A stretch of DNA of 64,000 nucleotides, from NCBI GenBank assembly GCA_951406725.2, contig OX597829.1:28024001-28088000 (forward strand), in the 5' to 3' direction. Origin of the DNA: Octopus vulgaris. Taxonomy: Eukaryota. The position numbers and the translations under genes are program-made. A model generated the notes under the pieces. The model was not told where the DNA came from, searched no databases, and was given only the letters and a program-made list of their open reading frames with translations. Every line of letters begins with the position of its first letter. Position 1 is the first letter of the stretch. This document shows positions 38,841 through 50,939 of this stretch, one piece after another.

Positions 38841-39296
38841 CAGTTATCTCTCTCTTTCACACATTACTCTCTCTGTCTCTTCGCACACACTAACAGAAGC
38901 ACTTCACTTACACAACATACTGTCTGTCTCCCACACTCCATCAAACACACACACGGGGACTTCAAAAAGAAATTCCCTCGTCATAAAATCGCTTCCTCTT
39001 AGTCTCTTTCGCTCTCATTACTTCAAATATTCCCGCAAAGCCATATGTAACTACAGAATAGCTATTTGTGGTGTTACTTGTTGAATGATGATTTTGGCCA
39101 GTCTCTGGCAGCAGTAGAAAGGAACCGACAACAGCTCGTCCCTTTTGAGAGGATTCAGAGAGTGATATAATACGAATTCACATAAAGAATCTTGCAAACC
39201 AGAAACAAAAAAAACGAAATAATAATGATTTCTTTATTAACCACAAGGGTTTATATTAAGAAAAACATTATAGACAGTACAAGACAAAACAAAAGT

Positions 39297-40207
39297 GTAC
39301 AATTTTTACATTTGACGGATATTTGTCCTCATCTTGGTTGTTGTTAACACAACATTTCGGCTGATATACCCTCAAGCCTTTATCAGGTGTCTTGGGGAAA
39401 TTTTGAACCTGGGTTCCCATTCCTAAGGTATTTTTCGATGTTGTTGTTGTTGTTATTATTATTATTATTTTTTCTTCTTCTTTCAAATTTGCTTCCATTT
39501 CTTGCCGAGCGTCTTCCCGACTCCCAGGGCAAAGAAACTCATAGTATACATTGGTAGGCCATTAAACCAAACTCAATAGTTCGTTCATTTAAAAAATTTT
39601 TTTTTTAGGGTTAAATTAAAATCAAATAGGGCCTACTGTCTTGATTCCGTGTTCTCCATATACTGTAAGAGTTTGCGGTGTGTCTCTCTTGAGATGGCCT
39701 ACCTAATGCATAGTAATAAGCGTATATTACTTCTTTATACTCTTCTCGGGTCCATTTGTTCCGCTTACATTTTTCTTTCTGTGGTGGTTGTGGTGGTGAA
39801 CTTGGAGGGCTCGAGTTGGGGAATTTCCCGTTCAAGTGACCATCCATGTCCGTATTCGGAGAAGAGTTTGTGCCAGTTGATGACTTTTCGATCCCAGGCT
39901 GGCTCTTCCCTGGGGGACGCGCTTCCAGATTAACCATAGGACAAGCGATTTGGTATACTGATTTGGTTTTCCTTTTAGTTTCCAAAAACATTTTGGTGCT
40001 ACGATAATATTATCATTTTTGAGCTTTGATTGGCTCGTGGGGAGACGGCCATCTTGCCGTTACAATTATAATCGTTGCCGTTACAATTATAATCGTAATT
40101 ATTATTATTATTATCATTATTATTGTTATTATTCAGGTCACTGCCTGGAATTGAACTCGGAATCTTGGGGTTAGTAGTCTGCGCTCTTAACCACTACGCC
40201 ATATGCC
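39297..40207 (-). mobile_element. tRNA-head / (AAT)n / hammerhead element, left arm, interrupted by a Dong derivative
   Basis: Head 40132-40207 (TGGCGTAGTGG, GAGTTCAATTCC); tail 39297-39440 with a decayed HHR at 39347-39390. Confidence 0.8.
39470..40095 (-). mobile_element. Internally deleted Dong/R4-type element (5' end fused to 3' end)
   Basis: ORF 39611-39991 contains RNKWTREEYKEVIYAYY..IWRTRN, resembling R4/Dong N-termini. The 3' end TTGCCCTGGG..CTCGGCAAG parallels TTGCCCTAGG..CCCGGCAGG at 43505-43540. (AAT)n flanks. Confidence 0.6.
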
Positions 40208-40272
40208 GGAATCTGGGGATTAGTAGCCCGTGCTGTTAACCCCAATATTCCAAGTTGAATTCCAGGCAGTGA

Positions 40273-40341
<69 letters not shown>

Positions 40342-40396
40342 TAACAATGATAACAATAATAATAATAATAATGATAACAACAATAATAATAATAAT

Positions 40397-43300
40397 ATGA
40401 ATATTAAGCCGAGAAAAGCTAGAAAAATCAAGCAAAAATATAAAATCAAAGATCTCATAAACCTCCCTGCAACTAAGGAACTGTTGAAACAACGGATACA
40501 GTTGAAAGCTCAACGGCTTAGAAGGTATGACAAAAGAAACAAATTTTATCGACAAAATAAATTTTTTAAGACAGATGCAAAGAAATTTTATAGGGAAATT
40601 GGCAAAAATAAAATACACATAGAAGATCCACCTAAGATTGAAGAAGTGGAGGAGTTCTGGAAGAAGGTATGGAGCAACGAAAAAGAGTTTAATGCTGAGG
40701 CTGACTGGATAGAACGTGAGAAAGAGAGACTGGATGAACTTGAAGAACAGAAATGGGAAACAATAGGAATAGAGGAGCTAAGGTGTGTCCTTAGGAAGGC
40801 TCATAAATGGAAAACCCCAGGACTGGATCGGATCCCTAACTTCTGGCTGAATTGTTTGACAGAGGTACACGAACATCTCGCTGCATCTCTGTCTGATGTC
40901 ATTCAGAACCCAGAGCAAATACCTGCTTGGCTGACTGAAGGAACCACCTACCTATTACCTAAAACCGAAGACACAAAAAACCCAAAGAATTACCGGCCAA
41001 TAACATGTCTCAACACCACCTACAAAATCCTCACATCCACAATAACGGAGAGAATGTACGCTTTCCTTGAACAAAATTCTATCCTTCCACAAGCTCAAAA
41101 AGGTTGTAAAAGAAACTCTTATGGGTGCAAAGACCAATTGCTCATAAACAGAATGATTGTAGAGAATTGCCGGAGCAAAAACAAAAACCTGAGTATGGCA
41201 TGGATAGACTACAGGAAAGCGTATGACAGTGTCCCGCATAAATGGATACTCAAGGCCCTTGAGATATACAAGATCTCTCCTGTCGTCTCAAAATTCTTAG
41301 AGAATAGCATGACCATGTGGAACACACGTCTCTTTCTAAGCCATAGTAATGGGATGAGCCAGTCCAACAGCATCAACATCAAACGAGGCATCTTTCAAGG
41401 TGACTCCCTCTCTCCATTACTTTTTTGCATGGTACTGATCCCACTCTCAAACGAATTGGATAGTACCAGATATGGGTACAAAGTTTTTAGTAAGTTAATA
41501 AACCATCTTTTCTATATGGACGACCTAAAGCTGTTTGCCAGGAATGACCAAGAGCTAGAAGGGCTGCTAACAACTGTTAAAGAGTTTAGCAATGATATCG
41601 GAATGGATTTTGGCCTTGATAAGTGTGCTAAAGCAACTTTTGTAAGAGGCAAGCTCAGGCAAACAGCTTCTGTTAAATTAGATATTGACACTACCATCAA
41701 GGAACTTGACCCACAGGAAAGTTACAAATACCTAGGAATCAACGAAGGAGATGGTATACATCATGCTACTATGAAGGAAAAAATAAGAAAGGAATACTAT
41801 AGGAGAATAAGGCTTGTACTGAAGACTGAACTCAACTCCAAAAATTGCATTGAGGCCATTAACACCCTGGCACTTCCAGTAGTCCAGTACAGTTTTAATA
41901 TAATTAACTGGAACCTTACGGAACTCCAACGCTTAGACAGGAAGACAAGAAAGTTACTGACATCCAAGAGCATGCACCACCCTAAGCAACTTTTGTAAGA
42001 GGCAAGCTCAGGCAAACAGCTTCTGTTAAATTAGATATTGACACTACCATCAAGGAACTTGACCCACAGGAAAGTTACAAATACCTAGGAATCAACGAAG
42101 GAGATGGTATACATCATGCTACTATGAAGGAAAAAATAAGAAAGGAATACTATAGGAGAATAAGGCTTGTACTGAAGACTGAACTCAACTCCAAAAATTG
42201 CATTGAGGCCATTAACACCCTGGCACTTCCAGTAGTCCAGTACAGTTTTAATATAATTAACTGGAACCTTACGGAACTCCAACGCTTAGACAGGAAGACA
42301 AGAAAGTTACTGACATCCAAGAGCATGCACCACCCTAAGGCAGATGTAGACCGCTTGTACCTACCTAGAAGCAGCGGGGGAGAGGAATGATGCAATTAGA
42401 GCTGTGCTATAAGACCTCTACTGTAGGAATGAACAGGTACCTATCTAGTACAAAGGACTGGATGCTGCGACTTGTGTGCGAACACGAAAGCAACAAAAAG
42501 CTGCATTCTATTGTCAAGGAAGCTTATAAGTTCGAAAGGGAACTAGACATTAACCTTGAATCAGATGAAGAGCCGGAAACCACTGCTACCAAGCAAGCAA
42601 AGCGAATCAAGCAGACTGCAAAAAAGAACGGGCAGAATCAAATTGAGAGGCGGTGGAGCCAGAAGCCCCTGCATGGACAATATATTCTCCGAAGCCAAAA
42701 TGCTGATGTAGACCAAGCAACAACCCATCAGTGGCTGAAGAGCTCTGGATTGAAAGCAGAGACTGAAGGTTTCATAATGGCAGCACAAGATCAAAGCTTG
42801 TTTACCAGAAATTACCAGGCTAACGTTCTCCGAAACGGTACTGACCCTAAATGCAGATTCTGCGACACATTTGACGAAACGATAGACCATCTCGTTTCGG
42901 GATGTCCTGTGCTGACACCAAACGAATACAAAAATCGCCACGATAGGGTAGGACAGTATATACATTGGAAGATATGTAAACACTACAAATCCGACACTCC
43001 TGCTAACTGGTATGAACACCATCCTCAGCCAGTTGTTGAAGGTAAAGATGTCACCATCCTCTGGGATTTTCCAGTCAACACTGACAGAACGATCAAGGCT
43101 AATCGACCAGACATAATTGTTAAAGACAGGGAAGAAAATACCTGCAGACTAATAGAAGTAAGCGTCCCCACTGATAAAAATGTATCTGTCAAGGAATTTG
43201 ACAAACTTAGTAAATATAAGGACCTGGAAATCGAAATACAGAGGATGTGGAATCTTAAAACAAAAACTGTTCCTGTTATTGTAGGTGCCCTAGGTATGAT

Positions 43301-43575
43301 AAAAAAGGGATGTCAGAAACACCTAGACAATATCCCTGGAAAACCATGTCTCAAGGAAATCCAAAAGATTGTGCTAACAAGTACTGCCCACATCCTTAGA
43401 AAAACCCTATCAATGTAAATGTCTGTGTTTGCATTACATGGAGATATATCTCTACTTCCCCTCCCCAAGCTTTCAGCTATATTTCAACAACTCTTAACCT
43501 TCACTTGCCCTAGGGCGCTGGGTGTGTCCCGGCAGGTGATTGCATCAAACATGCAGATTAAAAGTAAATGACAAT
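40397..43575 (+). mobile_element. Dong/R4-clade non-LTR retrotransposon (RT, CCHC, RLE), 5'-truncated, young
   Basis: NYRPITCL, WIDYRKAYDSV, GIFQGDSLSPLLF, FYMDD, YKYLG, CRFC..ETIDHLVSGC, RHDRV, RPDII..IEVSVP..KLSKYKDL; broken only by a 353-bp duplication and a G-run frameshift near 42375; flanked by (AAT)n. Confidence 0.95.
41631..42339 (+). repeat. 353-bp direct tandem duplication inside the Dong ORF
   Basis: 41631-41986 recurs at 41984-42339 with AAG microhomology; no differences seen by eye. Confidence 0.93.
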
Positions 43576-43591
43576 GATAATAATAATATTA

Positions 43592-43640
<49 letters not shown>

Positions 43641-43642
<2 letters not shown>

Positions 43643-43822
43643 ACAACATCGAAAAATACCTTAGTAATGAGAACCCAGGTTCGAAATTTCCCCAAGACAC
43701 CTGATAAAGGCTGGAGGGTATATCAGTCAAAACATTGTGTTAACAACAAACAAGATGAGGACAAATATCCGTCAAATGTAAATAATGTACATAATTCCTC
43801 ATCTCTTACATATAGAACTGTA
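43641..43822 (+). mobile_element. Tail of the tRNA-head/hammerhead element, right arm (head at ~40236-40277)
   Basis: CATCGAAAAATACCTTAG..ACAC-CTGATAA-AGGCTG..CAGTC-AAAA-CATT-GTGT, homologous to 30900-31030 and 39297-39440. Confidence 0.8.
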
Positions 43823-43958
43823 TTAAAAGAGTGTGTGTGTATATGTGTGTGAGCGTGTCGATGTAAGGGTTTTGCCTGTAAACAAGACTAACAAAATAAA
43901 AGATAAATAAAATCTTTAAAAATCAACAATGTGTAAACAAAATTATAATATCCTTCTA

Positions 43959-45020
43959 GGCAAGACTTCCGCCCGTCCCCCGCAAAAAAACCACCCTTTA
44001 GAAAAAAAATTTGTCTTCGCCCCCCTATCGCCCCCTCCCCCTCTCCCCCCTCCCCCTCTCCCCCTCTCCCCCCAAAATTGGCAAAAATCGATATTTCTAA
44101 ATTACCACCCCCACCCTTATTTCCTTCATTTGAAACTTTTTTTCACAACTTTTAATATGCGGGAAAATACGGAGATTATGATTCTGAAAACAATTTCCGA
44201 AAATCCGTGTAAAATTTTTTTTTAACAATTTTTTTTTTCTAAAAATGCTGAAAAATACGGACATCATGATTAGGACAAAAATTTCAAAACATTTCTGGGA
44301 TCTTTTCGGTTTGAACGGCAGTTTTTAACATAATTTCTAGGTAACTAAGAATTTTTAAACTTTGTATACTGGTAGAATGTGTTTATAAAACATCTTTTCC
44401 TCTTGGCTTTATTGAGAAAATTCTATAATTTGTAAGATATTTGTTGTTTTTTTCTTCAATTTCTGCAATTTCAACCAATCAGTAACGTCTATTGAGTTAA
44501 AAAGCATTCTGTGCCGTATGAATATGTCCCTCGTTTAAGAAACAGATTGGGTTTATTTACATTTGTGAAGAAAAAAGATACCCTTCCCCCCACCCCTAAC
44601 CCTAACCCTAAAATAGATTGAAATGCAATAGATCGATACTAGGGTCATAATTATGGGTGACAATTTCATATGACACCGCTAGAAAAAACTGCCGTTCAAA
44701 CCGAAAAGATCCCATTTCTGTACTTACGGTTAGGGTTTTAGGGTTAGGGTTAGAGTTAAGGTTTTAGGGTTAGGGTTTTAGGGTTAAGGTTTTAGGGTTA
44801 GTGTTTTAGGGTTAGTGTTTTAGGGTTAGTGTTTTAGGGTCAGTGTTGGGGAAAAAGTCAAAATTTAAGTTGGGGGGAGGGGGCGGGAATATCACAGTGC
44901 CAATTTTTGGCAATTTTCTGGAACCTCCATATACGAAAACGAGGATTTTGGGCAAAAAAAAAAAAATTACAAAAATAAACAGATTTGGGAGGAAATGGGG
45001 GGGGGGGCGGAAGTCTTTCC
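43959..45020. mobile_element. GG-terminal TIR element carrying telomere-like repeats
   Basis: TIRs GGCAAGACTTCCGCCC / GGGCGGAAGTCTTTCC; TTAGGG/TTTTAGGG array at 44728-44840; no clear TSD. Confidence 0.6.
44298..44712. mobile_element. Merlin-like MITE
   Basis: 29-bp TIRs GGATCTTTTCGGTTTGAACGGCAGTTTTT; 8-bp TSD CATTTCTG at 44290-44297 and 44713-44720; GG termini with an 8-bp TSD fit Merlin. Confidence 0.8.
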
Positions 45021-47318
45021 TTTTTTCTTTACTCAAGAAAGTAGGGTGTAGTTTGAAAGACAGGATTTGACTGCCATTTCTTGCAGCCTGAGTGACCAAT
45101 TAGACATTCTTTCAATGCTGTTGATCTTGTCAACAGCGTTTTCCTTTCAGCTGTCGTATAAGCAACAGCTGTCATTGTTATCATTTGTTTAGTAATATTG
45201 TCGCAGGTAATATTGGTCAGTTTGTTTTTTTTTATAATTGTTGTTGTTGCTGTTTTTTCTGTTATTGTTGTTTTCTTACGAACGTTTTCTACTTGATAAC
45301 GGCGGTGACAGGATCAATATGTAACCTCCAAAAAAAAAAAAAAAGTTAAAAGGCTTCGTAATCACGGAAATTCTTGCACACGCTGTGTGTGTGTATGCAT
45401 GTGTGTGTGTGTGAATGTGTAAGAGTTTTCGTATGTTTGGGCGTTTTTTTTTTTTTATTTAACGTCCGGTTCAACCCCCAACAAACACCACCACCACCAG
45501 CAACGCGAACACCATCCATGCCAGCGTAAATATTAGATCAATACATTATTGTCCAGGCATTGTTTTTATATCCGGACGCTCTTTACGCCGTTAATCTACA
45601 TCTGTCGTGTTTTAAGGTAGGTAGGGAGGTTTTTTTCTTTCTATTTCTACAAGTTTTTGAATGTACAGTTTGCCATCTAAACTATTTATTAATATGGAAA
45701 TGACAACGAAGAACATTTCATCATAGAACATGTAATTTTCATGTATAAGTGTAGTAAGATATGTTTACGTGTGTATTTTCCCGCATATGTGTGTGTGTAT
45801 GGGGTGTGTCAAAACGTGGTGTTTTCATTGCTTTTTTGACTTTGAGGCAAAATATATTCTTTTACAAATATTCACTACCTGGCAAAAAATAAATCAGCTA
45901 AGCAAACTTCCTTCCTTAAATGCATTAAAAGCATAATTAAAAACATAATCTAATCACTACGGATTTCAGAAAACTGTCAACGTTCTCTTTGGGCATATAA
46001 AAGACAAATTTGGCTGGGGCAAAATGAGTAAGATAAGATAAAGTAAATTTGTTGCGTCAGTTCTCCAGAAAACCGATTCATACACATCAATATCCATCAA
46101 TATCCATCCCTTGACATCAGAAAGATCAAAGATGCAAAAAAAAAAAGAAAAAAAGAAAGAAAAATATAAATATCTAAGTCAAATGGAAGAGGATCAGGGA
46201 AAAATGCAATTTGATATGAAATTAATATAGCTAATTAAAAAATAACTCTATATTATCTATAGCTTCATCACAATCTGCTGAGAGTGTCCTCTTTGTGATA
46301 TATTTACTCACAATACAGTTAAACAGACGAAATTATTAGAATTAGGCATTATTCATTTTATCCCCTTTTAGACATCAGTTTTTGAAACTTGAAAATTATC
46401 AAATTAGACATTAGAATTGGGGAAAAAATTTGACTTGGAATCCAGCAGAGAAAAGAATATTGATTGTTAAACAGCAAAAATTATCCATATATGTTATTAT
46501 CGATCTCAATTACAATTGGGTTAAAGTTGTGGGAAATTTTCTTGAAAAAAGAGGAACTTACCACCTGACTATGTTTTGGACACTCTCAACTTCAATGACA
46601 ACAATGCTGACCAACTTCCACTCCTAAAATAATGATACAATACTTGCAGTGTAACGATTCCAAACAGGTAATGAGAAAATAATGAGAGACCAGTAGTTAC
46701 TCATTTTGCTCCAGTTACTAATTTGTGCACCGCCCCTCTATCTCTCTCTATATATACAATAATGCCTTTATATACTAGTTAATTTGTTCCCAGATACCAC
46801 TAAGTAGCAATGTTATAAATCGCAATTCATTCCCAGAAAAATATTTTACCAATAAAATTTATAATACTCATAAATAAATGGCAATAAAACAACAGTAGAA
46901 TGTAAAGAATATTTTATGTGAAATAAAAAGAATACCAAGATCATTTATAATTAAAAAAATATCATTATAATCGTTTTCCGAATCCCTTTCACTTGCACTA
47001 GACTCACATACACCATTACTTGTAGACATGTTCAGTGATTCACAAGCACTTTAAGACAAATTTGTAGATTTCTTTTTATAAAACAAGATTGAGTTATTTG
47101 GTTAGAAGCTTTTTTTTTTTTCACTCTCTATAAATTTCACTCTCTAAAAACACGCAGAAGCATTTGTTATGGTAGTAGAAACTTTTGCACAAAGTTCAAA
47201 ATTTGGATCTTGTGCTTGAAAAATAAAACTCATAAACCCAGGGTCTTGTAAAGCAGGTCCTCAGTCTCATAAAGTGAGGTATTACTGTATATATATTTAT
47301 GTGTGCATGTGTGATATA

Positions 47319-47390
<72 letters not shown>

Positions 47391-47559
47391 CATCTCAGAG
47401 TATCATATATCCCCAAAAAAGAAGCATACTCTAAAGCATAGAGCAGTAATGTATTTATATGTAGTTAAATCTATGTCCAGTCATAGAGTGACCTTTGGTT
47501 TTGCATCTACAAGGGCTTAGCCCCATATGGTCCCATTCTCCAGTTTGGGCTTATACCAG

Positions 47560-48510
47560 CTTCCGCTTACTGAGTTTTCTGCTCTTGCCTTCTCTAGGAT
47601 CTCCTGCATCATCATTACCATCCTCTCTCCTACTTTGTCTCTGCAGCTTGCTCTATATTCTCATCTCTTGACATAGCTGCATGCTGTTCAAAGCCACCTC
47701 ACTATTTGATAGTGACCCACTACTCTCCCACACATCGAGGATAGTTCTCGTCTGTTGATGGAATCTCATTTCTTCTCTGAAACACCAACATGCCTGTTTT
47801 GTCTCTTTGAAGCTTGACCCCCAATGCAGCTCCTCCAACCATTGTCTCCGGTGATTTTGCAGTCAGACCGAACTTCTACATGACCTCTACAACAGATACT
47901 ACAATCTCGTCTACCAGGATGTCTTCTATATAGGAATTGGTGGCCTTTTTTAACTTGTCCATCTTTCCCAGGATAGATTTGAGCACTGTTTCCATGATCT
48001 TTGGTGCAGAATCCAGCCTGAAACTCAGCCTAGTCAAACTGTATGTCTGGCACTTATATCTCACCAGCTGATGCTTCCACAATTTCTTGCTCTCATAGAG
48101 CTGCAGATATGCTGACTTCAAGTTGAGAATTGTTGCAGCCCAGGTTATCCATCTCCATTCTCAGATCTCTCCACAGACATCAGTCACCTCGCTAACCATG
48201 TGACATGATACATGATCATTCACCTCTTGAAAGTCCAGTACCAGTCTGATCTTAGCCTTTGTATGATCCTTCCATAAAGGCTTCCTTTAGGCACTGCTCA
48301 ATTTTCTCTGTGTCCAGCTGGTTTGTTTCATCTATTTTGAGGTACAGTGCCAATGCGTTTCCCTCCAGATACAGAACCATGAGACCTGCTACATCTTCAA
48401 TGCTTTGCAATCTGGCTGGCACCTTGATCTTACAGATCCAAACGATAACTTCTCCCTCGACACATAAAGGTCTCATAGCATCACTACCAATCCTTATTTT
48501 CACCGCCATT
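47560..48510 (-). pseudogene. Internally deleted Gypsy-like gag/RT remnant
   Basis: gag-like LYLEGNALALY..EKIEQCLKEAF fused to RT-like LDFQEVN..LKSAYLQL..YSLTRLSFRLDSAPKIM..SYIEDILV. Confidence 0.75.
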
Positions 48511-48639
48511 TTGTGAAAGGAGACAACAACAACAACAAAAGAAAAAATATATATATATACACAAGTGCTGAAATAACTTGTAATATGAAGAACAAAGTGC
48601 ATTCACCTACCAATCCTGTCCGGCTGGGTTCAATGCATA

Positions 48640-49170
48640 CACAATGCTTTAAAAATCTCAGGTTTGCCATAATGGGTACATCTTAAATACTGCGCTTTAT
48701 CAACCATCCTGGTCCTTTATCATCTCTTCAATGAGGTTCAACTTCCTGAGATTGTTCTTCACTACTTTGTCTTATTTCTTTCTGGATTTCCTTCTTCCAT
48801 AAGTTCCATCCACATTAAGGAATTAGAGATTCTTTATGCAGCTACCATTGTCCATCACATGCCCATATCAACATAACCTTCTCCTTTTCACACTATATCC
48901 AATGTTTCTTGTGCCCAATTTTTCTCTAAACACATTTGCACTTTGTCATACATGCACACTGACATCATTCACCCTGCAGAACATGCTAGTTTATTTCTTT
49001 ATAGTTTTTGCAAGTCCTCAGCATTTAGAGCCCATGTCTCACTACCATGAATCTTTGCAGTTCATACATAACCATACAGCCTGTCTGCATTTCACTCTGA
49101 TAGAAAATCCTTTTGCTACCAACAGTGGTAATAACTCTCTTAACTTTCTCCAGCTTATCTGAGTTTAGAA
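48640..49170 (-). pseudogene. Old RTE LINE 3' remnant
   Basis: SVKRRRLC*YGHVM and RKLRELLPLLVAKGF echo the RTE at 21000-21300. Confidence 0.6.
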
Positions 49171-50065
49171 ATCCTCTTGACCCACTCTAGAACATCTAAA
49201 AGAGTTGACTGACAAGCTAAAATAGTAGTCAAATCTTTCCAGACTCAAAACACTATATTAAAAAAAAAAAAAATGAAATTTGTCTGGGCAAAAAAAACAA
49301 AAAAAAACTTCAAAAGGTGGAGTTATATCTAAAACATCACTGATATTAAATTTTCTTATTTGGCTCTGACTTGGATTGAGGCTAAATATCAGTAGTAACA
49401 ACTGCAACAACAACAACAACAACAACAGCAGTGGAGGCACAATGGCCCAGTGGTTAGGGCAGCAGACTCACAGTCGTAAGAATGTGGTTTCGATTCCCAG
49501 ACTGGACATTGTGAGTGTTTATTGAGAAAAAACACCTAAACTCCACAAGGTTCCAGCAGTGGTAGTGGTGAACCCCACTGTACTCTTTCACCACAACTTT
49601 CTCTCACTCTTTCTTCCTACTTCTGCCACAAAGCAGAGGAACCATGGTGTGGTAAACTTTCAGACCCTACTCTCGATTGCGAATCCTCTGTACCCCAAGA
49701 TGGTTGAGCTCTCCACCCATTAAAAGCCACCATTTATGGATTGAGGATAACAACATAGCTTTCATGCCCGTGCAACCGCAAGTCTATCGCGTGTGGTGGG
49801 TGGATCTTCAAGTTGCCACACGCATTCTTTGTAGCTTAGAATAGGCTCGAATTAGAGATTATTCTTAGTGGATAATGGCGTGAGTCTTGATTTGAAGAAG
49901 AAGACAGCAACAGCAGCCACAACAACAATTGTAACAACTAAAAAAAAAAAAACTTGTATGTACCATGCTTGTATGTTAAAATCACGAGTAAAACAAATCA
50001 GACGTGTCAGATAAAATAACTCAGATTCTTTGGAAATTTTATTTCAGGGTCCTCAATACAGAAAG

Positions 50066-50230
50066 ATGCTTTTCTTGACTTTCCTGTCCCTGCTCCTACT
50101 TTCTGAGTGTGAATCAATGAATGCCAAGGAATATTCTTCACTTCCAGAAAAGCTGAAGACGAAGGATAAAGATGATAACCATGGAGGAATTAGAATGGGT
50201 ATTGTTTCAAAATTTTGTGATGATGGCAAG
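50066..50230 (+). CDS. Candidate first coding exon of a secreted or membrane protein (signal peptide)
   Basis: Acceptor TTTATTTCAG at 50047, ATG at 50066, donor AAG|GTAATC at 50230 (phase 0); MLFLTFLSLLLLSECES-MNAKEYSSLPEKLKTKDKDDNHGGIRMGIVSKFCDDGK; non-repetitive sequence. Confidence 0.55.
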
Positions 50231-50792
50231 GTAATCATATGAACTTTTATTTTATATCTTATCCTTTACCCAACCCATACCACAATGTGGTTTGGGTTGT
50301 GGGTTCTGATCCGCCTTCAAGAGTTTTAGTTGATTGTCTTTTCATTTATTCTTTTACTTGTTTCAGTCATTAGACTGTGGCCATATTGGGATGCCCCCTG
50401 GAGGAGATTTTAATTGAACAAATCGACTCCAGTATTGTATTTTTTTTTTTCAAATCTGGTACTTATTTTATTGGTCTCTTTTGCTGAACCGCTAAGTTAC
50501 AGGAACATAATAAACAAGCCAATACCACTTAGGGGACAAACACAAAGACACACACACACACATAGATATTATCATCAGCATCGTTTAATGCCTGCTTTCC
50601 ATGCAGGCATAGGTTTGACAAGAACTGGCCAGGTAGGAGACTACCCCAGGCTACTGTGTTTGATTTGGCTCGATTTTTACAGTTGATACCCTTCTCAACA
50701 CCAACCACTCTGCAGAGTGGACTGAGTGCTTTTTACATACATACATATACATACATATACATACTCACACACACACATACATACATACATAC

Positions 50793-50852
<60 letters not shown>

Positions 50853-50903
50853 CTCATGACAGATCGCTAGCCACTACACATTATTTATTTTGTCTCCTTG
50901 TTC

Positions 50904-50939
50904 CTTTCTGTGGAAGAGCATAGGCTCGAAACGTTAAAG
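50904..50939 (+). ncRNA. Minimal hammerhead-like motif with variant core
   Basis: CTTT-CTGTGGA-AGAGC-ATAG-GCTC-GAAA-CGTT-AAAG, inside a short element bounded by (TA)n; related decayed motif on - at ~2890-2922 with a CTGACGA core. Confidence 0.5.

Noticed and set aside
39084-39165. C/D box snoRNA starting ATGATGA
   Set aside because: No terminal CTGA box or closing stem.
44728-44840. True telomere or chromosome fusion site
   Set aside because: Short, degenerate and enclosed by TIRs.
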